Both the position numbers and the translations under genes were made by a program. Of a stretch of DNA of 7,188 nt, positions 1 to 7,095 are shown piece after piece. Within the stretch, counting starts at the first letter, position 1. Each line of letters begins with the position of its first letter. Source of the DNA: a virus (lineage: Duplodnaviria > Heunggongvirae > Uroviricota > Caudoviricetes); IMG/VR virus record IMGVR_UViG_2534681912_000004. The stretch is one strand, 5' to 3'. The notes beneath the pieces were generated by a model. It had not been told where the DNA came from, made no database searches, and saw only the letters and a program-made list of their open reading frames with translations.

Positions 1-165
1 CTCAACATCCATGCTGTAACGCCCGGCTTCATCCGGATTTTCAGAGGCCACCGTGTTCACCAGTACCGTGGTGCTGTTACGCTTTGCCTTCAGTTGAATA
101 GTGCAGTTCTGTATTGGTTTTCCCGCACCATCTTTCAGCACACCTGAGATTTTTACTGCTGCCAT
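1..165 (-). CDS. stf: Side tail fiber protein, N-terminal 55 codons (5' partial; gene continues past the left edge of the window)
   Basis: ATG at 165-163 preceded by GGAG (174-171, 5-nt spacer). The frame is open to the window edge and translates MAAVKISGVLKDGAGKPIQNCTIQLKAKRNSTTVLVNTVASENPDEAGRYSMDVE, which closely matches my recollection of the lambda Stf N-terminus. Absent from the ORF track because the fragment is under 60 aa. Confidence 0.8.
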   Translation of the reverse strand, partial: MAAVKISGVLKDGAGKPIQNCTIQLKAKRNSTTVLVNTVASENPDEAGRYSMDVE

Positions 166-175
166 ATCCACTCCA

Positions 176-203
176 CAAAAAAGCCCGCCTGAACCGGCGG
201 GCT
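176..203 (-). terminator. Rho-independent terminator candidate between lom and stf (minus-strand orientation)
   Basis: Inverted repeat agcccgcc (182-189) / ggcgggct (196-203) with 6-nt loop. On the minus strand the 8-bp GC-rich stem is followed directly by a T-run (reverse complement of the A-run at 177-181). Lies 27 nt downstream of the lom stop and directly abuts the stf RBS. Confidence 0.6.
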
Positions 204-229
204 GTCATAACACTGTGTTACCTGGCTAA

Positions 230-829
230 TCAGAATTTATAACCGACACCCACGATGAAACCGTCAGTGCGCCAGTCACCACTGCCGGAACCTTCATAAG
301 CAAGGTCAATGGCCACGGATTCGGTCGGGTTAAACTGCACGCCAGCCCCCCACGCCAGAGACGTGTTGCTGTGGCGACCGTCATCACTTCCAGTCAGCAC
401 ATCGTGCGTTTTCCCCTTGCTGTCAGTTACGCGGAGATAATCCCCGGAGAACGTCGAAACACGGCTGTAAGCCACACCCGCCATCGCATAAGCACTGAAC
501 CATTCATTCACGCGTACAGACGGCCCCGCCATCATGCTGAACCAGCGGTTACGCACTGAATCTTCATGCCAGCGGGTATCGCTGTAATGCGTTTTTTGCT
601 CATCTTTGGCATTGGCATAACTGAATGACGTCACCAGCCCCAGCGTGTCCGTAAATTCATAACGGTATTTCACGTTAATGCCCTTCAGGTCATCGTTGCC
701 GGGCATATCAGTATGGGTCTGAAGATACCCGGCGCTTAGTGTGGACTGATGCTCTGCTGCGCTCGCTGGCGTACCAGCAGCAACCAGCCAGACTACTGCG
801 GACAGAATAACAGCACATAATTTACGCAT
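230..829 (-). CDS. lom: Outer membrane protein Lom (Ail/Lom/OmpX/PagC family beta-barrel), moron-type lysogenic conversion gene
   Basis: 199-aa ORF with N-terminal signal peptide (MRKLCAVILSAVVWLVAAGTPASA, AXA-type cleavage site) and C-terminus ...DLAYEGSGSGDWRTDGFIVGVGYKF ending in an aromatic residue as in OMP beta-barrels. Internal blocks (KGINVKYRYE, SAYAMAGVA, YEGSGSGDWRTDGFIVGVGYKF) match lambda Lom as I recall it. RBS GAGAGG upstream of ATG at 829; TGA stop at 232-230. Confidence 0.9.
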   Translation of the reverse strand: MRKLCAVILSAVVWLVAAGTPASAAEHQSTLSAGYLQTHTDMPGNDDLKGINVKYRYEFTDTLGLVTSFSYANAKDEQKTHYSDTRWHEDSVRNRWFSMMAGPSVRVNEWFSAYAMAGVAYSRVSTFSGDYLRVTDSKGKTHDVLTGSDDGRHSNTSLAWGAGVQFNPTESVAIDLAYEGSGSGDWRTDGFIVGVGYKF

Positions 830-850
830 AATTACCTCTCGCTTTTCTGC

Positions 851-877
851 AATAAAAAAGGCGTCATTTCTGACGCC
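851..877 (-). terminator. Rho-independent terminator candidate between J and lom (minus-strand orientation)
   Basis: Stem ggcgtca (860-866) / tgacgcc (871-877) with 4-nt loop. On the minus strand this reads GGCGTCA-GAAA-TGACGCC followed by TTTTTTATT (reverse complement of 851-859). Sits 20 nt downstream of the J stop (TGA at 899-897). Confidence 0.65.
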
Positions 878-896
878 CGTATTGGGGTTATAAAAT

Positions 897-3800
897 TCAG
901 CTGATACTGATGCCTGCGGTGGCTTTCTTCATCACCACAACCAGCAAATCGCTGATACTTGCTGTGGGATACCAGTCATTTACCAGCCATGCTGACACCG
1001 AAAACTCCAGCGTCATGTGACCGTGACCGGCAGGCATATCAATAACGCCACTGTAAATCAGCGTATTATCCAGCGCGGTACGGTTATAAATTTCAGCACC
1101 GTTTTTCCGCACTATCAGACGGCATGAGGAGTAAATATCAGTATGCTCTCTCTCATGTTTAGCGCCGCTGAATGCCACCGCCGGAATAACAATCTGCCGG
1201 TCAAACGGCTGATCGTCATAAATCCTGACGGTAATGGTCCCTGATGGCCACCGTTCCGGTGCACGGGAGTCCCGGGGGAAAGCTTTGCCCACTGTTTTAA
1301 CGAGATCGCCTTCAATCTGGTTCGCGGACAGTTTTCCCAGAACCCGGCAGTTCTCGTTAATCGTGACGTTGTTGAGCGTCCCGGAGTTCGCATTCACGTT
1401 ACCGCTGATATCGGCATTTTTCGCCGTCAGCCGCCCGTCCGGTGTCAGGGAAAATGCCGGAGGATTACCGCCGCTGGTAATGGTGGGAGCCGTCAGATAT
1501 TTCAGGAACACTTCATTCATAAATATCTGATCGCCCTGACCAACAAACATCGGCTTTGTGTTGCCATTCGCAGGATTAACCATCGCAATCCTGTCCGCCG
1601 CCAGCAGCACCTGACTCTGCATGCCGTCAGGGGTGTTCTCAATACCGGCACCAATACCCGCGATATAAAGGCGTCCGTCCTGCATCTGCTGCAGCTTCAC
1701 AGCCCACATGCTGTTCAGGTTATTATTTGTATCAACCTGAACCTTCTGTATCTGCTGGATCGCTGCACTCTGGTCTTCCAGTTTCTTATTGACGGTCTGC
1801 GTGATTTCATTACTGACATCCGTGATGGACGTTCTGATTTCCGCCAGGTCAGGCGCAAGCTGACCGTTATCAATCTGCGTCCACAACTCCTGAGCCAGAT
1901 GGGTTTTCCCTATCTCTCCTTTGAAAAAATCCAGATAGCCGGATGCATCATCACTCGGCTGGCCAACAGCCTCCACGAATGCCGATTTGCCAACGGTGTT
2001 CACACTGCGGATGTAAAAATAATAATCATGGCCCGGCTTGATATTGATACTGGCAGCTATCCAGTACAGCGCCGTGCCAAGATAGCGGGCTGTGGTTTCA
2101 ACCTGCCTGATATCCGCAATCCGCTTTTCCGAGAACCAGAACTCAAACTGTACCGTCGGATCATAAACGGCAAGATACGGCGTGGCGGTTATCTGAAAAT
2201 AGCCCGGCGTCAGCTCAATCCGCGACGGCGCTGCCGGTGCGGCAATCCGGAACGATACCGATGCCGGATCGCCCTGCTGCCCCCAGGCATTTGCCGCCCG
2301 GACTGTCAGCCTGTAGTTTCCCAGCGCCAGTTGCGTGAAGCGGTATGTGGTTTCCGTCGTCCTGGCCGTGCTGACCAGCCGCTCACTGCCGTCATCCGCT
2401 GCCACGGTCAGACGAAGCATAAAGCTCACGCCCTTCACCACCTTCGGCGTGTCCCATCGCGCCAGCACCTGATATTCCCCGCTGTCTGCGGTGACTTCGG
2501 CGGTCAGGTGCTGCACCGCTGGCGGCGTGACACCATTCACCGTGCCGCTCTGGTCGCCGTCAAAGTGCGCCCCGTTATCCACGATGGCCTCTTTCTCCGG
2601 CACATGCTGCACGGCGGTGATGGCATACGTGCCGTCGTCGTTCTCACGGATACTCACGCAGCGGAACAGTCGCTGGCGCAGCGTCGGCAGCTTCAGCCCC
2701 CATACGCTGTATTCAGCAACACCGCCAGGAACACGGCTCACTTTTACCTTCACGCCGTCGGTGACGGACTGAACCTCCACGCTGACCGGACTCCCCTGCC
2801 CGTCAACCAGGCTTATCAGCGTGATGCCGGAGGATGGCAGCGTGATTTCACGGTCGAGCGTCAGCGTCCGCGTCTGGCTGTTCACCGCCAGCACCCCCCC
2901 GCCGATGCTGATACCCGCATAGTCATCATCACAGATTTCAATGACATCGCCCGGTACATGGCGAAGCCCTTCGGCACCCACGCTGAAGTCCACGGTCTGC
3001 GTTTCCAGCAGCTCCGTTTTAATCAGCCACAGCCCGGCGCGGTGTGCCTGCCCCCGGCTGGTACAGCCAAAGGCATCCATCTTCGTGACGTTACGACCGT
3101 AACGGGCAATGGCCTGCGTATCCTCAACAAGCTCTGTCGCCGTCTCCCAGCCGTTATCCGGGTCAATCCAGTTCACCTCAACGGCATTATGGCGGTCCTT
3201 CAGGGCGCTGAAGCTGTAGCGGAACGGCGCGCCATCATCCGGCATCACCACATTACTGCGGTTATAGGTCCACACCTTATCCGACGGTCGGTCCTGCACG
3301 AACGTCAGCGTCTGCCCGTTCCATACCGGCATACAGCGCATCGCCGAGCAGAAATCACTGAGCACATCCCACGCCTTGCGCTGTGTGGTCAGGTACGCAT
3401 TACAGGTGATGCGCGGCTCCGTGCCGCCAAAGCCGTCCGGCACTGACTGGTCGCAGTACTGGCCGATGACATACAGCGCCCATTTGTCCACATCCGCCGC
3501 ACCAAGACGTTTCCCCATGCCGTAGCGTGGATGGGTCAGCATATCCCACAGACACCAGGCCATGTTATTGCTGTATGCTGGCTTAAACGTTCCGTCCCAG
3601 ATACCGCTGTATTGCCGAGTCTGCGGGTTATAGTTCGACGGCACCTGCAGAATACGCCCGCGCAGATGATAATTACGGCTCACCTGCTGGCTGCCGAACT
3701 GCTCCGAATCCACCTGTACGCCGACCAGTGCCGTGTTCGGGTAGCACTGTTTCACATCGATGATTTCGGTGTATGACGACCAGAGCGTTTTGTTCTGCAG

Positions 3801-4376
3801 CTGGTCTGTGGTGCTGTCCGGCGTCATCCTGCGCATCCGGATATTGAACGGACGCGGCGGCAGGTCACCCACCACCACCGATGCCAGATACTGTGAGGTG
3901 GTTTTGCCTTTAATGGTGATGTCTTTTTCCGTCACCCAGCCACCATTACGCTGTATCTGAACCAGCAGGCGGACTTCCGACGGATTCCGGTCCCCCTTTG
4001 AGGTGGTTTCCACCAGTGCCTGCACACCGAAGGTAAAGCGCAGACGGTCGATGTTTGCCGACGTGATGGTCCGGGTAATCGGCGTGTCGTACTTCACTTC
4101 CGTACCCAGCACCGTCTCGGAGCCGGAGGATTCAAATCCCTCCGGCGGTGTCTGCTCCTGCTCACCGGCCCGGAACACCACCGTGACGCCGGATATATTG
4201 GTATTCCCCTCACTGTCCAGCACCGGCGTACTGTTCAGCAGCACGCTTTTTAATCCATCCACCGGACCTTCAACCGGCCCTTCGCTGATGGCATCAATCA
4301 CACTCAGCAGCTGCGTGGACTTCAGGTTGTCCTTCGCTTCGCGCGGGGTATGCCCCTTACTGCTGCCTTTACCCAT
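897..4376 (-). CDS. J: Tail tip central fibre / host specificity protein J (1159 aa)
   Basis: Single 3480-nt ORF. N-terminus [34 protein letters not shown]... and long internal stretches match lambda gpJ as I recall it (about 1132 aa). ATG at 4376 preceded by GGAG. Position between I and lom is syntenic with lambda. The C-terminal third differs in composition (see findings). Confidence 0.95.
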   Translation of the reverse strand: MGKGSSKGHTPREAKDNLKSTQLLSVIDAISEGPVEGPVDGLKSVLLNSTPVLDSEGNTNISGVTVVFRAGEQEQTPPEGFESSGSETVLGTEVKYDTPITRTITSANIDRLRFTFGVQALVETTSKGDRNPSEVRLLVQIQRNGGWVTEKDITIKGKTTSQYLASVVVGDLPPRPFNIRMRRMTPDSTTDQLQNKTLWSSYTEIIDVKQCYPNTALVGVQVDSEQFGSQQVSRNYHLRGRILQVPSNYNPQTRQYSGIWDGTFKPAYSNNMAWCLWDMLTHPRYGMGKRLGAADVDKWALYVIGQYCDQSVPDGFGGTEPRITCNAYLTTQRKAWDVLSDFCSAMRCMPVWNGQTLTFVQDRPSDKVWTYNRSNVVMPDDGAPFRYSFSALKDRHNAVEVNWIDPDNGWETATELVEDTQAIARYGRNVTKMDAFGCTSRGQAHRAGLWLIKTELLETQTVDFSVGAEGLRHVPGDVIEICDDDYAGISIGGGVLAVNSQTRTLTLDREITLPSSGITLISLVDGQGSPVSVEVQSVTDGVKVKVSRVPGGVAEYSVWGLKLPTLRQRLFRCVSIRENDDGTYAITAVQHVPEKEAIVDNGAHFDGDQSGTVNGVTPPAVQHLTAEVTADSGEYQVLARWDTPKVVKGVSFMLRLTVAADDGSERLVSTARTTETTYRFTQLALGNYRLTVRAANAWGQQGDPASVSFRIAAPAAPSRIELTPGYFQITATPYLAVYDPTVQFEFWFSEKRIADIRQVETTARYLGTALYWIAASINIKPGHDYYFYIRSVNTVGKSAFVEAVGQPSDDASGYLDFFKGEIGKTHLAQELWTQIDNGQLAPDLAEIRTSITDVSNEITQTVNKKLEDQSAAIQQIQKVQVDTNNNLNSMWAVKLQQMQDGRLYIAGIGAGIENTPDGMQSQVLLAADRIAMVNPANGNTKPMFVGQGDQIFMNEVFLKYLTAPTITSGGNPPAFSLTPDGRLTAKNADISGNVNANSGTLNNVTINENCRVLGKLSANQIEGDLVKTVGKAFPRDSRAPERWPSGTITVRIYDDQPFDRQIVIPAVAFSGAKHEREHTDIYSSCRLIVRKNGAEIYNRTALDNTLIYSGVIDMPAGHGHMTLEFSVSAWLVNDWYPTASISDLLVVVMKKATAGISIS

Positions 4377-4398
4377 TCGTCATGCTCCATAAACGATA

Positions 4399-4418
4399 AA
4401 ACCGCCCGGAGGCGGTTT
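4399..4418 (-). other. Short GC-rich hairpin in the 60-nt I-J intergenic spacer, function unknown
   Basis: Inverted repeat aaaccgcc (4399-4406) / ggcggttt (4411-4418) with 4-nt loop. Not followed by a clean T-run on the minus strand, so not a classic terminator. Lies about 20 nt upstream of the J RBS. Confidence 0.3.
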
Positions 4419-4436
4419 CACATAAAACATTTTGCA

Positions 4437-5078
4437 TCAGCGACCAATCACCACAACCTGACCACCATCACCTTCATCTGCCGTGCTGATCTCCTGAGAA
4501 ACCACACGTGACCCCACGCGCATTTCACCGTACAGAACCGGCAGAACATTGCCCTGGGCAACCATGTTATCCAGTGAAGAAAAATAGGTGTTCTGTTTGC
4601 CGTTATCCGTTGTCTGTGTGCGGGGGGTTTTGGGTTTAGGGGCCAGCATCTGTGCAACACCGCCAAGCGTCATACTGGCACCGAGAGAAAACAGCAGATT
4701 ACTCGCCATAATTCCTACCCCCGGCATCCATATAGCAACCGCCATAACAGCCGCCCCCAGCACAGCCTGAAACACACCGCCACTTTTGGCTCCTGCCAGA
4801 CGCGGCACGATATGGATCACGGCACCATTTGCCAGCGGCTCATTAAGACGGGCAGACAATTCGGTTTCACCTGCATCACGCCCGGCAATGCGTACCTGGT
4901 ACCAGCCGTCGCTCAGTTTCTGACGAAATGCCGGGATCTGCATGGCCAGCGCCCGGATGGCTTCGGACCCCGTTTTCACTCGAAGGTCGATGCGGCGGCC
5001 AAATCGTTGTAAATCCCCGTAAAGGCAGATGCGTGCCATGCCCGGTGACGCCAGAGGGAGTGTGTGCGTCGCTGCCAT
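4437..5078 (-). CDS. I: Tail tip assembly protein I (213 aa): N-terminal ubiquitin-like domain plus hydrophobic segment
   Basis: ORF translation MAATHTLPLASPGMARICLYGDLQRFGRRIDLRVKTG... and C-terminus ...NTYFSSLDNMVAQGNVLPVLYGEMRVGSRVVSQEISTADEGDGGQVVVIGR match lambda gpI as I recall it. Start is 103 nt inside the 3' end of K in another frame, which I recall is also the lambda arrangement. RBS-like GAGAGAGG upstream, with a rather long spacer of about 11 nt. Confidence 0.9.
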   Translation of the reverse strand: MAATHTLPLASPGMARICLYGDLQRFGRRIDLRVKTGSEAIRALAMQIPAFRQKLSDGWYQVRIAGRDAGETELSARLNEPLANGAVIHIVPRLAGAKSGGVFQAVLGAAVMAVAIWMPGVGIMASNLLFSLGASMTLGGVAQMLAPKPKTPRTQTTDNGKQNTYFSSLDNMVAQGNVLPVLYGEMRVGSRVVSQEISTADEGDGGQVVVIGR

Positions 5079-5719
5079 TTGTCGGTGTACCTCTCTCGTT
5101 TGCTCAGTTGTTCAGGAATATGGTGCAGCAGCTCGCTGTCACCACAGTAAATGGCGGCATGATTCGGCACCGATGAACCAAAACAGCACAGCAGCACATC
5201 GCCCGGCTGCGCCGCTGACAACGGCACCTGATACAGCCCTGTGGCCTCCAGATTATCCAGATAGAGATTCTGACCGTTACGCCACCAGTCATCCCCGCGA
5301 TGAAAATCCGGCATCTCAATTCCCGCCAGATGGTAAGCGTCCCGGAACAGCGTGTAACAGTCCGTTACCCCGTGCTCAAAGCGCCGCCCGGTGAGATGCG
5401 GCACACAGCGGAATTTATGAATCGCCCCCCGGCAGACCAGCCACCACGGCAAATCACTCTGTACCTGCAGCCGCCGGTCGGCCTCACTCAGCCAGGGCAG
5501 ACCACCGGGGTGGCTGTGGACCAGCGCCACAATCTCTCCCTGCATTTCTGCACTCAGCCAGTCCTCCGGCGACATCCGGAAATACTCCTCCGGCTCACCG
5601 GAGATATTCACGCAGGGAAAATATCTTTCCTCCTCCGGCGTTCTCACCACGAAGCCGCACGACTCCGCTGGCGCACATCGCCGGGCGTGCGCCAGAATCG
5701 CTGATTCTGTCTCTGTCAT
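4976..5719 (-). CDS. K: Tail tip assembly protein K (JAMM/MPN metalloprotease-like domain plus NlpC/P60-like domain). Longest ORF is 247 aa; alternative internal start at 5575 would give 199 aa
   Basis: Translation contains an exact JAMM motif HSHPGGLPWLSEAD (H-x-H-x7-S-x2-D) and an NlpC/P60-like Cys-His region (GVTDCYTLF ... NHAAIYCGD ... LLHH). Position between L and I is syntenic with lambda. The start at 5719 lies 5 nt after the L stop but has no obvious SD. The internal ATG at 5575 has a strong GGAGGAG SD 9 nt upstream. Confidence 0.85.
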   Translation of the reverse strand: MTETESAILAHARRCAPAESCGFVVRTPEEERYFPCVNISGEPEEYFRMSPEDWLSAEMQGEIVALVHSHPGGLPWLSEADRRLQVQSDLPWWLVCRGAIHKFRCVPHLTGRRFEHGVTDCYTLFRDAYHLAGIEMPDFHRGDDWWRNGQNLYLDNLEATGLYQVPLSAAQPGDVLLCCFGSSVPNHAAIYCGDSELLHHIPEQLSKRERYTDKWQRRTHSLWRHRAWHASAFTGIYNDLAAASTFE

Positions 5720-5724
5720 GGGAT

Positions 5725-6423
5725 TTACTGCGAAAGTTTGTTAATGGAAAGGAAGCTGCCAAAGTTGCCGACATTATTGCGAAACTTACAGCCACTCAGG
5801 CATTTGCTGCATTTATCCTTCGTGATATCGGACGTCGGCTGGTCATATTCATCCGCGACCGCCGGACCGTGATAACCGCACTCATCGCCGCGATAGGTCC
5901 AGGTGCAGGTGTTGGCCAGCATGATACGTCCCGGAAAAACAGCGCCATCCGTTTCAGTCGGCGTGGACAGTACAAAAGAGGCACTGACCGCGCTCAGTTC
6001 GCTGCACTGCTCGATGCGCCAGCGGCTGATCACCTCCTGCTCCGGATCGGCTTCGCTGTTTCCGTTGACGAAGTTCACCGCATCCAGAAAGCGGGCGTAA
6101 ACCTTACGCCGGACCACCGTTCCGCCGACCAGACTCTGCAGATCTTCCGCCATCCCGGTGATCATGCCGTGCAGGTTAGAGACCGCCAGTGTCGGACGGG
6201 CAGCACTGCCCTTGCCGTTCATCTCAAATCCACTCCCCTGAATGGGATAGGCCTGATACTGCCGACTCTGCCAGGTGACAGACTCACCTTTTTCGTTCTG
6301 CTCATTACAGAAAAAGTAGCGATCCCCGCCTACCTCGGTCAGGTCGATTTCCCAGAGCACCACGCTGGCCGACTGCTCCGCACGAATGCATTCATTCAGC
6401 GTTTCCTGTTGTATGTCCTGCAT
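5725..6423 (-). CDS. L: Minor tail / tail tip protein L (232 aa) with C-terminal cysteine cluster
   Basis: Translation MQDIQQETLNECIRAEQSASVVLWEIDLTEVGG... through ...CSKCLSGCKFRNNVGNFGSFLSINKLSQ is near-identical to lambda gpL as I recall it. Its ATG overlaps the M stop (TGATG at 6425-6421). Confidence 0.95.
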   Translation of the reverse strand: MQDIQQETLNECIRAEQSASVVLWEIDLTEVGGDRYFFCNEQNEKGESVTWQSRQYQAYPIQGSGFEMNGKGSAARPTLAVSNLHGMITGMAEDLQSLVGGTVVRRKVYARFLDAVNFVNGNSEADPEQEVISRWRIEQCSELSAVSASFVLSTPTETDGAVFPGRIMLANTCTWTYRGDECGYHGPAVADEYDQPTSDITKDKCSKCLSGCKFRNNVGNFGSFLSINKLSQ

Positions 6424-6761
6424 CAGATCACCACTTCGTCAAACTGACACGAAAAATCGGTATAGGTGATATGTTCTGTCGCTGACCACGTTCGACACAC
6501 CACTCTGATTTTTCTGTTAATACCCGGCGGGCGCCAAAAAAAAGATTTATAGCCTTCATGCCGGGCTAAAAATTTTTCAAATGAATCACGTTCATTCGCC
6601 TCAACTTTGAAATCACAGGTGAAAACGCGCAGAGAATGATTAAGTCCATTTGGACTTCGTTGCTCATAACCATCGCCAAATCTTACAGTTTTTATCGATG
6701 GTTTATTTTCTGTTTTCATTCCATCCTCTGGTAACCAGTGAAATTCTTCCGTATTAGCCAC
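6423..6761 (-). CDS. M: Minor tail protein M (112 aa, GTG start)
   Basis: ORF with conserved core TVRFGDGYEQRSPNGLN...KSFFWRPP...FDEVVI resembling lambda gpM (KVRFGDGYSQRAPAGLN...KSFLWTPP...FEQVVN, from memory). The N-terminal F-x-W...PEDGM aligns with lambda F-R-W...KPGM, supporting the GTG at 6761. Alternative ATG at 6719 (Met15). Stop overlaps the L start. Confidence 0.85.
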   Translation of the reverse strand: MANTEEFHWLPEDGMKTENKPSIKTVRFGDGYEQRSPNGLNHSLRVFTCDFKVEANERDSFEKFLARHEGYKSFFWRPPGINRKIRVVCRTWSATEHITYTDFSCQFDEVVI

Positions 6762-7095
6762 TTAACATTCCCCCATCACGTCGCATATTTAACAGATTGC
6801 CCTGCACCCGCTGATCAACCATCCCCATAAGTGCTTTTATTGCCTGAGGGCCAATCTCTCCATTCTGGCCGTCATTTTGAATAGTGATTTGGTATACAGG
6901 GGCATAGGTAATATCTCCGCCTCCATTACCACTTTTACTATTAACAGCTCTGACACCAAGAGAACCATCGGAAGTTCGTGTTAATGGCATAATGGCTTCC
7001 GGACCAGCCTCACCAAAAACACCAGCCCCTCTTGCAAAAGCAAAAAATTGCGGGGAATCATAAATTGAACCGCCCCGGGTTTCCTGGAGAGTATT
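6754..7095 (-). CDS. H: Tail tape measure protein H, C-terminal segment (114 codons open; frame blocked upstream by in-frame TAA at 7098-7096 and TGA at 7110-7108)
   Basis: Translation ...GGSIYDSPQFFAFARGAGVFGEAGPEAIMPLTRTSDGSLGVRAVN...ITIQNDGQNGEIGPQAIKALMGMVDQRVQGNLLNMRRDGGMLSG resembles the C-terminal end of lambda gpH (...VVINNDGTNGQIGPAALKAV...MRDGGLFSGGGR, from memory) and the widespread FxxGG...GExGPEAI tape-measure motif. The ORF track reports only the last 78 aa from an internal ATG at 6990. Stop TAA at 6756-6754 overlaps the M start region by 8 nt. Confidence 0.7.
   Translation of the reverse strand, partial: NTLQETRGGSIYDSPQFFAFARGAGVFGEAGPEAIMPLTRTSDGSLGVRAVNSKSGNGGGDITYAPVYQITIQNDGQNGEIGPQAIKALMGMVDQRVQGNLLNMRRDGGMLSG

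Noticed and set aside
830-896. Possible sigma70 promoter for lom in the J-lom spacer
   Set aside because: I could not find a convincing -35/-10 pair with proper spacing; the spacer is mostly taken up by the terminator hairpin and the lom RBS. A lom promoter, if present, more likely lies within the 3' end of J and cannot be called by eye.
1115-1393. 92-aa minus-strand ORF inside J in another frame, and the similar 72-aa ORF at 4448-4666 inside I
   Set aside because: Alternate-frame ORFs within strongly supported genes, with Arg-rich unstructured translations and no independent start signals. The only overlap I accept is the K/I one, because both products are recognisable.
1899-3446. 515-aa plus-strand ORF antisense to J
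   Set aside because: It lies wholly inside the very GC-rich J gene on the opposite strand, and its translation is Arg/Pro/Ala/His-rich and low-complexity (...[21 protein letters not shown]...). This is typical of spurious antisense ORFs in high-GC coding sequence, and it has no plausible RBS or operon context.
4003-6447. Other plus-strand ORFs in the track (4003-4392, 4928-5176, 5029-5394, 5300-5704, 5869-6447 and shorter ones)
   Set aside because: All are antisense to the well-supported I, K, L and J genes, with biased Arg/Pro-rich composition and no recognisable motifs. Best explained as frame shadows of the real genes.
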